From Zygnema circumcarinatum SAG 698-1b (lineage: Eukaryota; Plantae; Zygnematophyceae), in assembly GCA_037447605.1 (NCBI GenBank), contig CM074808.1, positions 310,001 to 374,000 on the forward strand: a DNA stretch of 64,000 bases, read 5' to 3'. Position 1 is the first letter of the stretch, and every line of letters starts with the position of its first letter. Both the position numbers and the translations under genes were made by a program. Under the pieces are notes generated by a model that saw only the letters and a list, made by a program, of their open reading frames with translations, did not search any database and had not been told where the DNA came from. Below, piece by piece: positions 13,842 through 27,000 of the stretch.

Positions 13842-16774
13842 GAGAAAGTGAGAGAGAGAGAGAGAAGGAGACCATTCCCGACTTGCTTCATTTCTGCTGC
13901 TGCTTACGTATTGCGTTGCCCGCATGCAAATTACAGTTTTCGGATCTAAGGATGACATCAGCATGTCGTCAGCCCTACCCCGCATAACCATAATCTCCTT
14001 CTCCATGCTCCGACGCCTCTCCGCCTCTCTCGGGCGAAGGACTTGGGGCACAGTCATTGTGGACGAGTCACACAATATGCGCACAACGAAGGGGCCCGAC
14101 GAGTCAGAGGAGGTGAGATGACGGATAGTTACTGGTGGTTTTCGGCTGTCGATTTTCAGGGTTGTGGGGTAAATAATTAATAATTGGCCCTAGTGGTTTG
14201 TCTCAATGCACATGGTTTGAAAGAGTCGGATGGGGATATTTCCATTTCTTTTGACATACATGACTCAGTGACTGCAGAGTTGAAACGACAAAAAAAAAGA
14301 TTTAAAGGTCGATAACATAACATAGAGCGATCATGAACTGGCTCTTTTTCTTATTTCCCGGGGTTTTTTGGTTTTTGGAAATTCGTCTTTTTCAGACCCG
14401 AACTATGATGTTGGTATTGAAAGGAGCTCGGCGCGCTGTGCTTCTATCCGGGACTCCTTCTTTGACAAGGTATGCTTTTCCCCATGTGTCAAGTTTATGA
14501 GTTCATGGCCTTTGTGCTTGTTGCCCAGACGAATTCTACTTTTCACCCTATTGAAAATAATGATGACCTGAATCTCTTCCCAAAAAATGGTGATATGATA
14601 CTTACATGTTGATAAGTGTTTTTCTTTCTTCTGTTGTTGGTGTCCATTACAGGCCCTTTGATATCTTCAACCAAGTCGACTGTCTTCGGTATAAATCCAC
14701 TTACTTTCACCCTCTAAGAACCTTAGAAGCCCTTATGTGCTTTAAAAGTCGTCCAGTTTTCCTGCTATTGCACTTGGTGCATAATGAAAAAGTGTTATCT
14801 GACAGTAGTTGGCCGATGCATTGCATGATCTATGCATTGTTATGTAGCAGTTTTGCTTGTTCTACTGAACCTGAATTAGCAATTCAATCTTAAAATCTTG
14901 GTATAAGACTAAGGCATGTTTTTGTATGTGTGCTGCTCAGACCAGGGCTGCTTGGAAGGAGTAAATATGAGTTTGCGAGGAGATACTGTGGAGTGGAGCC
15001 TCGAAAATTACAGAAAGCTGGTGCAAATTACGTGGTATGTTTCAGCAATTAAACTTCAAATGTATCGCAATATCTATGGTAAGAAACCATACTGATTGAC
15101 TTTTTGTCAGGTTTTTCTTGCAAGCGGTTTCTTTGCTGATTCTGTGAGATTTTTTTGTGGAATATGAACCGTTTTTGGCACAGAATTACTCGAAAGGAGT
15201 TCGATTGCAGGAGCTCAATATTCTGCTGACAGAGGCTGTCATGGTATGGACTCTATTTCCCTCAAATCTTTTCCAATTACCTAAACTGTTGAACTGGAAA
15301 GAAACTCTTCCACTTTTTGGTGAACACTTTTGGTGCAGATTTTTTGCTCGTTTTCTGTGTGCCTCTTATATATTTTGGACTTGTGATTAAGTCTTTTTTC
15401 CGCAGATTCGGAGATTAAAGTCTGATATTCTCTCTCAGCTTCCTCCCAAAAGAAGGCAAGTCATTCGACTCCATCTTGAGCCGTCGGACATTCAACGAGC
15501 GCGTGAATGTGCGAGAAACCACGAGGTCCTTATTAAGCGGAGCAAACGAGGCCAGAAGATGGAGAATTTCTACGGCGAAACAAAAGAATTTGAAGGAAAC
15601 TGCATTCAAGGTAAAGTAATTATGTATGTGGTGCTCTATGGGCTTACATGAGCCTTTTCTTAAAGCGTTTCTTTTTTCAGTTTCTCGAGTTTACAAGTAC
15701 GGTTCCGAGTATCGATGTTAGGCGCTCTCTATTATTTTTTAGGTTGTTTGGAGCCTACAATTTAAATTTTTTGTCCAACGATCATCGCAGAAAGGATATT
15801 TTGAGGAATTTTCAGACACATGCAATTGTAATTGTAATCGTAATTGTTTCTGTGTTGTTATATTGAATGATTATTGCAGATAGTTTGAGTTGCGTCCGAA
15901 AGGATCAGAAACTGAGTCGTCAGGAGATTGGGATCGCGAAACTGAGAGGAGTGAAGGAGTGGCTGGAGAATCATGCTGCGTTTGTGAGAGCAGGAGAAGG
16001 GGAGAGGGCGAGAGGAGAGGGAGGAGGAGAGATGGAGAGGGAGAGTTACAAAAACTTGGTGATCGAAGATTTAGGGCAACGTCCGAGTGAGCAAACAGGT
16101 GGAAAAGTCTCCTGTTTTAGCAGCTCAGGAAGTAAGGGGGGAACAATAGACGAATTTGAAGGGGGTAGGAGGGAGGGAGGAGAGCCAAGAGGGAGTAGAG
16201 AGGAGGAAGGGTTCTCCTCTAATCCGAGCAGCGAAACGAGTGTGAATAAAAGTTCAGAGATCGAGAAGTTGATTATTTTCGCACATCATTATGAAGTTCT
16301 GGATGCGATTCAGGAATTTGTTGTCCTTCATAATGTGGAATTTGTACGGATTGACGGACAAACACAGCCGATAGATCGTCAATCGGCAGTTCGGTTGTTT
16401 CATTCGAACCCAGAGGTTAGTATTTGGTTTACAGAGTTTTGAATTTTGGGATTTCTGCTTCAAGTTTTGAACGGATTTCATGCCTAGTTCTGCATAGAGA
16501 GCCTAGTTTTGTTTTCTCCTTTTCCCACTCTGTCGCATTTACTCTTGCTCTCTTCCTCTCCCTCGTCCCCGCACTTTCTCCCTCTCCCTCTTCATCCCCC
16601 TCCCCTTTTCCCTCTCCCTCTTCCCCCCTCTCTCTCGCCCTCTTCCCTCGTCCCCCCCACTCTCTCCCCCTCTCTTTCTCCCCTGTCTCTCCCTCCCGCT
16701 TCCACCCTCTCTCTCGCCCTCTCCTCCCCATTCCCCCCTTCTCGCTCTCCCTTCTTCCCACCCCGCCAATTTCT

Positions 16775-16839
<65 letters not shown>

Positions 16840-19800
16840 CCTTCCTATCTCCGTCGCAACTTGTATGTAGGTTCTAGTCGCTATTGTGGGAGTAACGGCT
16901 GGAGGTGTGGGACTAGATTTTTCCGCCGCAACAACAGTAGTATTTGCAGAAGTCCCGCAAACCGCCGCAGACTTTCTGCAAGCAGAGGACCGCACTCACA
17001 GGCGTGGCCAAAAGAGGGCTGTCAATGTTTATGTTTTCTGTGCAAAGGTACTAAAAAAACAACAAATAAAAGTGAAAACAAAAAAAAGGTCTAAGACTGC
17101 TAAGGATTGGTTGCACTCTACAAGCCCTACATTGGCATAAAAAAACCCTAGATTTTTTCAAGTTTCCGATGCTTTAACTTGTAGGAAGGAAAAACAATTG
17201 GATGTAATTAAAGACTCTGATTTGATCGACAGAGTTATGTGCTGTGTGCAGGATTCTTCTGATGAGATTCTATGGCAGAAACTGAGTCGAAGCATAGAAA
17301 TAGTTTCAGCCGCTGTGAACGGACAGGATGGACTTGTTGAGGGAATGCAGGTTGCTTCTTTTTTCATCCCTTTGAAATGTACCCAAAATTGCAGACGTAA
17401 TCTGAAACGTGAAGCTCGAAACATAAACTAAAGGACAGCACGTTTTTCCTAATCATGATCGTCATTAAGGGAAATAAAGATGCTAATAGCTGCCTGCAAT
17501 TCTAATTGCAGGTTGACCGCGTGATTGAGTCTCCCTCCACTGCTTCATATGAGGCAAAGGAAGAGCAAAAGGCGAAAACATTATTACCGTTCAGCGAGAA
17601 AAAATGTTCTTCGGATATATCGGAGAGTGGAGGACCAAAATTGGTATTACATTGTGATGAGAATCTGGAGAAACAGATTGCACGGAAGGGTGTTGGGGAG
17701 GGTGATGATGCACAGTACGGAGAAGGAAATGGGGCCCTAAAGTTCCAAAATGAGGGGAGAGAGGGGAGAGAGGGGATACAGGGGAGCGAGGAGGAGAGAG
17801 GAGTGAGAGGGGACAAGGAGGAGCAGAGAGAGAAAGAAGGGGAGCAGTTGAGAGCTGCGGGAGAGGGAGAGGGATGGACAGGCCACGTGATTCCAAGTGA
17901 AATTCGAGGACGAAACGGGGAAAATGAGGAGAAAACAGATGTGGTGGTAGAGAAAGGCAGGGCTGAGCTGTTGTTTCAGGTCAGTCCTTTGTTTCTTATT
18001 CCCAACTTTGAATATCGTTGTATGTGTTGGAATAAGACTAGCATAGACAAAAACATTCGTGATTATATTATGTGAGTGCAGGTGAGTGCACATACTGGGC
18101 GAGTGCACCTCCACAGAGGGGCTCCCCCACAGCCTTTGCATGTCAACTTCCGGCCCGAATCCCTGCACATGGCCGCGCAGAGGGAGAGGAAGAGGGAGGG
18201 GGAGAGGGAGAGGGAGAGGGGAAGAGGAAGGAGAGGGGAAAGGGAGTGGGGGAAGGAGAGGGAGAGGGAGAGGGGGACGGAGACGGAAGTGGAGGGAGAG
18301 GGGCGAGGAGAAAAGGAGAGAGAGTGGGGAGGGGAGGGGGGAAAGGAGGGGTGGCGGGAGGGGAAGGAGGGAGGGGAAGGAGAGGGGGAGAAGGGAGGAG
18401 CGGGGGGGAGAAGGAGGGAGGAAAGGGTGAAAGAGAGAGAGGGAGAGAGGGAGAAAGAGAGGCACGAAGGGACGAAGGACGAGAGAGAGGAGAGGGGGAG
18501 AGTCGGAGAGAGGGGAAGGGGAGGGGAGAGGGAAGGGGAGGGGGACGGGGCGGGGGAGAGGGAAAAGGAGAGTAAGGGCTCGCCAGAGGGAGAGGACAGG
18601 AGGGGGAGAGAGAGGGAGGGAGAGGGACAGCCAGAGCGGGACGGGAGAATGGAGGGAGAGAGGGAGAGGGAATGTGCAAAAAGAAGTGCGAGAGAGTGGA
18701 GAGAGTGGGGAGAGGAGTGGGAGAGCCTCAGGGAAGCAGCAGAAGCCTTTTTCCGCGAGTGGTTGGAGCTTCGGGCAGTTGCGCGGAAAAAACTTTTTGG
18801 GAAAGTTTTGGCTCTGCCGTTGTATGATGAGCTCATGAAAATAGAGGGCGTTTCAAACAACGAGCTCGAGGTATTCCTTTTTCTGCCCTTCTTTTTCTAA
18901 CTTTATTCTGAAAAGCTCCGAAAACTCTATCTCTACAATTAAAAAGCATTTGGAACGCTTTTACTCCTTTTCCTATTTTATATGGAAATTTGAAGTCTCA
19001 TATACGAGAAAAAATGCTGTTGTTGAATCGTATTATTCACATTTAACTCTAAATCTGAACCATTAGTGATGTCAAATAGCTGGTAAGTGATTTTCGATAT
19101 TACCGATCATCTTGAAGCAGGGAGGTAGTCGACGTCGTGTCACGCCGCGATATGAGGTAGGAGCTGTGGCCCCAGAAGGCGCCACGTGGCGAGAGGTGAG
19201 AGTGAAGGCAAGGGGGCGGTGGGAGAGGAGTGAGAGACAGGCCGTCTCAAGGGAGGGAGAGCCTCTCTGCCAGTTCTGCAAACAGCCCTGCAGGTATATG
19301 CTGAAAAGCCCTATTTTGAGAATTTAGGGTTTTTTGCGTCATGCTGCTCTTATTTCTATTTGGGCTTCGTTGGATTTCGCTCTCCTCTGCTCTGAAACGT
19401 TTTCTGCTCTTTTGGAACTGTATTATTGATGTGGCTTTGAAGGTTCTCTTGCCTTTACTTTACTTCACTTTACAGTAACTTTTCTTGTCATGTATAAAAA
19501 GGTACAAAGGAACCCAATCCTTCCAATCCCTCTCCAACGTTCCTTTTCCCCCTCTCTCCCCCACGTTTTCTCTCCGATCTCTCTCCCCCTCTCTGCCCCC
19601 TCTCTCTTTCTGTCTCTCCCCCCACTCTCTCTCCCCCTCTCTCACTCTCCTTACCCTACTGTAGGCATCAGGGGAGTGAGAAGCCAAGGACGATGAAGGA
19701 GCTCTTTTGTAGCAGCAGCTGTCTGCAAAACTTCCTCACTCGAACCAGCACCGCCTTCATCCGGGAGGTGGGAAACCTTTAAAATATTCTACTATTGAAA

Positions 19801-20238
19801 ATTTGGGCTGCATATGGATCTAAATCTCTATATCTCTAGGACCTACATGAGACCCACTTTCGCCATTCTACAAAGGAATTTGCCCTCCAAATTTCAGGAA
19901 ACTCGAGACGCCAATACCCTTGAAAAAGCGATTTGAACTGACTTGAAATTGCTGGATAGAACATTGAAAACATTTCGTCCTCTGGGTACAATGCAAAAAA
20001 AATTGCCACACTTCTTACCTTTTTATTCTCCTTTTAAATCTTAGGGGATGGGAGTTTGGGTGTAGCAGGCTTTGTTCGACTTGGAACGGGGTGTCTGCGT
20101 TCTATGTGGACTCAACTGCAGCGCTTTAGTTAAACGGATCCGGGTTCTGAAAACTGCGGCGAGGGAGAAGCATATCCTGCGAGCGGCTCCGGCGCTCTCT
20201 CACTTCCCTCACCTGTGAATCTTCTCTCTCTCTCTCTC

Positions 20239-20333
<95 letters not shown>

Positions 20334-21849
20334 CTCTCTTTCTCTCTCTCTCTCTCTCCCTCTCCCTCTCTCTCCCCTCTCTCTTCTCTCTCTCCCGGAC
20401 CCTTTCCCACCCTGAAACCTCGCCCTCCCTGTACCCCTGGAAAAACTACTGTAGCAAGCTACAGCTTAAGTGCCGAGGAGGCACAAATGAAAAACATGAA
20501 TGGTTAACCGCTGGTTATATTTTTCTATTGTTTCTGCTCCACTGCAGGTTGAAAAGATTGGTAATGGCTCCATGTGAGGGAAATGCGTGGCATGCGGACC
20601 ATATCACAGCAGTGTATGAAGGCGGAGGTGAACTTCAACGCTGAATTTTCTATTTTTTTTCAAAAGTGAACATTAATCCTCTTGCAAGTATATGAATCTG
20701 AACCAAATTATTGCTTCGACTTTCGCTTTGAAAGTCTGCTCGAACTGAGCGCCTTTTCAGACTCTGTTTCAACTCTTTCTCTCTCTCCTTTTGTGCCTCT
20801 CTTCTTCTTTCGTCTCTTTTTTTTTTTCTTCGTTTCTTCGTTTCGTCGTTTCGTTTCTTTTTTTGTTTTTTTCCTTCTCCCCTGTTCCCTTCTTCTCTAC
20901 CTTTCTGCCGAGCTTAAGGCGATATGATGAAGATTTCCATTTGGCCCACTCTGCCGAATCAAAGCCCTTATTCCCCTAAACCCTATTTCTGAATCTCAGA
21001 GCCTTAATAGACCTTTTTTCTAGAGTTTCTTTCTCGATTGTTTCGGTTCTGTGAGGAGCTGAATTTCCTGCAGGCGAATGCGGACTTGAAAACCTGCGAA
21101 CGCTTTGCGTTGCCTGCCATGCAAATGTGACTTCGGAGCAGAGGAGGAGGTGGGCGGAAGAAAGGCAGCAGAAACGGAAAATCGAACAAACCATAAAGCA
21201 GATTGAGAGAGAGTTAGAGCGAGAGGAATCGCAGAGGAAGAGGGAGGCGATGAAACTGGCAAGCAAGCAGAACAAAGTGGACAAATCGGGAGAGATAGGG
21301 GCATTCAGGGCGGGTTTGAAGGAAGCACGAGGGAGGGAGGGAGAGAGTGAGGCAGAGATGTGCCCTGCGAGGTGGGATGTGTTTAGGTGGAACAGTGAGG
21401 AGGAAGTAATAGGCTCTTGCAGCGTAGAGGGCGAGAAGATGCCTTTAAGGAAGGAGATTCCTTTGGACTCTGGTGGGTTAAGAGAGAGAGATGTGGGAGG
21501 GGAGGGCGTAGCGACACTTGGCATCGAATCTCTTGAGGTATGGTTGCCATGGCTCCTTCTCTAGTGAGAGGAAGGAGGGAAGGTAGGGGCGGGAAAGAGG
21601 CAGGATGAAGGAGTTTCCAATTCTGCATGTGTTTGCAAAGTGATGACATTACCTTTAAATTCATCTGACTGATTTCGTTTCTTTCTTGAAACGAAATTCA
21701 ACGTTTTCCTGTATACGAACGAATTCTGGCTCGCCTGTGTGAGCTTCAATGGAGGACTACAGGAGGAGGAGGAGACGAATGAGGACGCGGAATTATTGGC
21801 AGTAGAGGTGGCAGGAAGCTCCTATTCCAAACCAAAGTGCTCCCATTGA
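10987..21849 (+). CDS. SMARCAL1/ZRANB3-type SNF2 annealing helicase with C-terminal HNH endonuclease (multi-exon)
   Basis: N-terminal [20 protein letters not shown] resembles the SMARCAL1 RPA-binding helix. SNF2 motifs: [70 protein letters not shown]. Cys pairs: [23 protein letters not shown]: [14 protein letters not shown]|[15 protein letters not shown]. The last exon ends [21 protein letters not shown] donor at 13421. Confidence 0.93.
13550..13865. repeat. (GA)n / GGGGAGA microsatellite, intronic
   Basis: Directly visible. Confidence 0.95.
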
Positions 21850-22302
21850 GGAACTTCGAATTGAAGGTGCAACTGACTGACGATGGTCTACAATCGAGCT
21901 TCAATTTTTCGGTGAGGACATGGAAAAAATTGTGTCGATTGAATCAATCCGTTTCTTTTTCTTGGGTCGTTTCTGTTGAAGCGGTTCGATGTTTAGAGAA
22001 ATGGAGGCAGCTGTGTGATGATGATGTTTTGGAATTTTAGGGTTTTCTATTTCCTCTCAGGGCGTTTTGTGATGGAAAAACGACGAGAGGTCGGGGTGAA
22101 TCGATGCTCGAATAGTTAACACAGTGAAAATTCTACCAATTTTGTTAAATAAAGGGGCTGAAATGCAACCCAAATGATACATGTTATTCGAAAAGAGAAA
22201 GCCTTCAGCCAAACGATGAAGTCCGACTCAAGTCAGCATTCAAACTGTCTCTAAAATGCCTAAATCTGACAACAATGTGTGGGCTTGCAGGCATCTTGAA
22301 GG

Positions 22303-23073
22303 TCACTTTCGCATCACAACCTTCCCTCCTATGATCTTGTGCGCCGGCTTCCCTTTAATTGTTCGAAGGCGGGCGAACTCTCGGCCACACCCTTTACACT
22401 TCATGTCTCCGTCTGTATAATCCTCCGCTATTCTTTCAATGAAGCATTTCACAAGCGCTCCATTCCCTCCTTTTCTGTAGCGGTACAGAATGTGGCCGCA
22501 GCCTTTACAGTAAATTTTGACAGTCTTTGAGGGCCCTGCTTTGCTCTTTCCCCTTTCTTCCTCCTCTTCATCGTCTTCTTCATCTTCCTCTTCATCTTCG
22601 TCTCTTCCACCTCGTCCAGCATGCTTATTAGCAACACTTCTTTGCTTTCGTGAATGTATAGCAGCTCGACTGCTTTTGTCAAACTGGAAGGAAAGTGGAA
22701 GGAGGGTTTGATGCCGAGGACATATTTCGAGTATGGAATGAGATCCTTCGAATTGATTGAGAGGTGTTTTCAAGAAAACAAGAGACGAATTACAGCGCAT
22801 GCTTCTGTATTCATTTCTGCGTTCATTCTGAATTCGCCGTCTTGCCTGTGACAAACAATTCCATGCTAAGCTCTGCAGCCGCCTCTCAGAAGAAATTCCT
22901 GCAACCCAAACTGAATTCCGAAGCGAGAAGTGTAGTGGGGGAGCAGCGACAGAAGCAGCTTCCTGCTCCTTCAAGGTAACATTATCATGAGAGTGAAGGA
23001 AGCAGAGATTCAACGGAGAGGAGAAGGAGCGCAGTCTCTGCAGACCTCTGGAACATGCAACTCCAGAAACCAT
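22303..23073 (-). CDS. intronless protein: transit-peptide-like N-terminus, acidic linker, C-terminal double-CxxC zinc-ribbon-like domain
   Basis: 256-aa ATG-initiated ORF. C-terminus is GPSKTVKIYCKGCGHILYRYRKGGNGALVKCFIERIAEDYTDGDMKCKGCGREFARLRTIKGKPAHKIIGGKVVMRK. Confidence 0.8.
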   Translation of the reverse strand: MVSGVACSRGLQRLRSFSSPLNLCFLHSHDNVTLKEQEAASVAAPPLHFSLRNSVWVAGISSERRLQSLAWNCLSQARRRIQNERRNEYRSMRCNSSLVFLKTPLNQFEGSHSILEICPRHQTLLPLSFQFDKSSRAAIHSRKQRSVANKHAGRGGRDEDEEEDEEDDEEEEERGKSKAGPSKTVKIYCKGCGHILYRYRKGGNGALVKCFIERIAEDYTDGDMKCKGCGREFARLRTIKGKPAHKIIGGKVVMRK

Positions 23074-24071
23074 CGGAAGAGAAGGAAAGACGCTCAGATA
23101 CTGTAAGCAGAATTAGGTTTCTTTGACTCTTCTAAACACCCTACCTTACCCTAAAAACCCACTCATGAAAAAATTAGGGTGTCAAAACATCATATGAGCA
23201 CTCCCTGCATTGCTTAGCCCAGTTTCGTATCTTTTTCAGTGTTTTCCATTCATCAATGCTTACAACCCTTAAAACCCTAAAATGAAAATTGACTTTACCG
23301 CCACTCGAAAAGAAAAATGCTTTAGGGTTTCCTCTCAAATCTACCCCCGGGTCTATCCCAGCCGGAAGGGTCAGGAGGAGACGAAATCCAACGGCTCAGA
23401 TCCTGCCAGCTCACCGCTTTCTCCGTAAGTGCGACATATCCAACGCTCCACGTGTCTCATCCGATGGCTAACACGCTTCCTTCGCAAGTGCGATCTTCGC
23501 AATCCAACGGCCAATTTTCGCGCAATCCGTACTATATCAACGGAGAACTCCGCATAGAACCGTGCGACGTAACGGGACGTGACGTAACTAGCCTTCTTAA
23601 AACAAAACCGCATGTGAGGATTTTATGCCCATGTTGGTACAATTTCAGATCCTGAAAACCCCAAAACCCTAGAGACTCTAGAAACCTTAAGAACTCCACA
23701 AACGCTAAAAGCCCTAAACCCCTGAGAAGTTGCGACCAACATCCAAACGACGCACATATGAATTTCAACTCCGCATGAGCTCAGAAAGCCCCAAAAACAC
23801 ATTCACACTTACGTGCGATGCTCGTTATTTCCGACTTTTTTTCATCATTATTCACAAAAATTGGGAGCAAAAAATGCACAATGTAATGAAGCCTGCCCCC
23901 CTACAGCTTCATGACATGTCTGAGCCCAAAAAAGAATGATAAACATCAGATGTCATAAAACAGTAACCCATGCCATGGGGGTATCATGCATGCCATAAGG
24001 GCATGCCATGCCATGCCATGCCATGGCTTTCAGCGATCCCCTCATATTATATTGAGGGGATGGCCCATCTA

Positions 24072-27000
24072 CTACTGCTCGAAGCAGCTTCCCGGCTCTT
24101 TGGGAGGCAGCCCTGCAGGGTCGCTCTCAAGGGGGGCGGCCGGAATGCCTCGCCGATGAAGGAGGCAGCGAAACCACTCGAGCCGCTCTCTCACTGCCTC
24201 CATTGAGACTTCACTCGTCTTCTCTAAGGGACTCCAAAGCCGCTCTGCCACACATTAAAAAAAAAGAAAATGGGTTCAGTTTTCAATGTTCAGTGTCCAA
24301 AAGAGTTCAACGTTCAATCGAGGATCAAAGGTTCAAGCTCCACTGCTCCATGTTCAACGAACAGAAAAGTGACGGAAGCAATGGGATGCAAATTACAGGC
24401 TAAAAAACCCTAAAAACCCTAAAAACCCAACGATGAGTAGGTTCGTAGCAGTCGAAACACAGTTTTAGGGTTCAGAAATTTTCGATACACCTAAAACTGC
24501 TGAGAGTTTTGGGGTTTCTGAGATGCGAGCTTACCGGCGGCAGCAGCAGCCCTCGGCCAGATGGTTGGCAATATGTTGGAGGGGTCTATTTGCTCCCCCC
24601 ACATGCAGACCTCCCCTCCGATCACGAGCTCCGCCTTCTTTTTATCCTTAATCACTGCAGTTGGATCATACTTGTACGCTCTCACCCACGGAATTTCGAG
24701 ATGGTTGAGATACCACTCGCCCTCATAGCTCACGATGCATCGGAATCCTGCCTCCACGATCTTATCTGCCACGTCGTAGTGGTACCTGCACACAGACTTA
24801 TTTTACATAGAAGTTCAGTTCAGTTCAGTTCAGTTTAGTTCAGTTCAGTTCAGTTCTTCTATGACAGTTCAGTTCTGTGACAGAACTGTCAACTGTCATA
24901 GAGACAGTTCAGCGGGAACTCGCATGCTTAGAAAGAGGCGTAGAAAAGGAGTTGGTCTACCATCAACTCACCAAGTGTGTATAACCGAGCGATTGTGAAG
25001 CCTGTCTCCAAAATTGAAAAATGCCTCTTCCCTGTCCACCGAAACACACTACATTGATCACAACCTGAACAACGTGTAAAGCATGAAACCATGTCAGACT
25101 AGAAACTTGCACATGTTGGGCTAGGGAGTCACCAATGGACGGGGTCCCATCCTCGCGCTATGGTGAGGTTTTGTGCTTTCAAAACAAAGTACGCGTAGGC
25201 CTCTTTTGGGCTCATGTTGTTCTCTTCCAGCCTGTCACGTCACGCCCATACTCACAGAAAACAACCCCCATTCTCAGCAGGGAGGGAGACGTGACATGAC
25301 GTGACGTTACTAAGCAACGTGACGTGACGGAGGAACACAGTGGAGTGATGCAAAAAGCCAGTGAAGAGTTGGAAACATCCAACGCTCAGGTCATGCTGTT
25401 TCAGGCCGAGAAGAGAGAGGGAGAGAGGGAGAGAGAGAGACAGAGAGAAGAGAGAGGGAAGAGAGTGAGAGAGGGAGGGGGAGAGGGAGAGGGAGAAAGT
25501 GGCTCACCACCGGCTTGTGTGTGGGCTGGATTCCCAGCAACCTGCCCCGCCGGCAGATGCACATTACATGGTATTGAGGAGTGAAGAAAATAAAGAAAAG
25601 AAACGAAATAAGAAAAATGAAATATAGGGGAGGAGGTGAGGGAGAAAGAGGAACAAAAGGGATAGGACCAGTAAAGCAACTTACTGGTGTCGACCTCATC
25701 TCCACCCAAGTGGAACAGCTTGTATGGGAACACACTCTCAACATCTGCACCCATTCAGATTTTCGAAATTTACTGACTTCTTTATTTTACCTTTCTCTTT
25801 TTCTGAAAATTTCCTTCCTGTTTCTCCACTTCCTTCGTCCCTGGCATGCCCCTCATACATGTTACTGCACAAGACTGCTTTCACATAGAAACCAAAACCC
25901 ACTGCTTCCGGATTTTGCAAGTTTTCTGCTTTTAAGATTTGTTGCATCCGAACCTTTCAAAATGCCGTCGATAACTTCAAAAGTGAACGGTTTAGATACG
26001 TCTAGAGGTGATCTGCAGTCCTTTGAAGGCCAAAGCTGTGGATATCCCCTCCCCCTGACATGCCAAAGAGAGGCCTTTCCTATAATCAGGACTGGGAGCT
26101 CAAAATGAACGGAAAAATCGGTTCAAGAAATGTATCTGCCTATGATGGAAACATATGTGCATATAATGGCTCACCAGGACTCCGCGTGACCAGGTACATC
26201 GAACTCGGGCATCACCATCACACCTGCACAGACTCTCCCAATGTCCGCCCAATGCGGCTTCACTCATCTGCAGAGAATAGCGGTGAATGGAACGGAACGG
26301 AGGCCCACATAGAAAGCGCGAGAGAATGGCTTCTTATGGGATGGTGCCAATGATCGAGTTGAGGAGGCATGCCTCGATGCTTTGCATATCTGCCAAAAGC
26401 ATCCCCAGCCCCCCCACAGAGTCACTCTACTGAACTTCGTCACTCTCACTCTCACTCCTTCCTGCCCCTCCCTCTTCCCCATCTTCCCCTTCCCCCCCCC
26501 CCCCTTTTCCCTTCCCCTTCGCCCTCCTCCTCCCGTTCCCCCACCCGTTCCGCCGCCCTTCACCATCCTCCCCCTTCCCCCCGTCCCTCACTCCTCCCCT
26601 TCCCCTGTCCCTCCCCAACTCTCCCTTCCCCCCTCTCCCCCCTCATCGCTCATCCCCCCCACCTTCCCCTTCCCCTTCCCCTCTCCTCCCCTTCCCCTTC
26701 CCCTCTCCTCCCCTTCCCCCCTCCCCCTCTCCTCCCCTTCCCCTCTCCACCTCTCCCTCCGCCCCTCTCCCCCACCATCCCTAACCCCCCTACCTACCCC
26801 TTNNNNNNNNNNCCCTCCTCCCTCCCTCCCTCCAACCCTCCCTCTCTCTCTCCCTCTCTCTCTCTCTCCCTCCCCTCTCCCCCTCTCCCCCACTCACTCG
26901 ACGATGTCCCTCGCGTCCTCCCTCGTGAAGCGCTCCTCCTCCCGGAAGGCGCCCCTCCACAGCGCCGGGTACGAGGGCACCTCCAGAGGGAACGCCTCCG

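Noticed and set aside
20547-21135. HNH motif as a homing endonuclease or mobile element
   Set aside because: It is spliced in frame as the normal C-terminal domain of the ZRANB3-type helicase.
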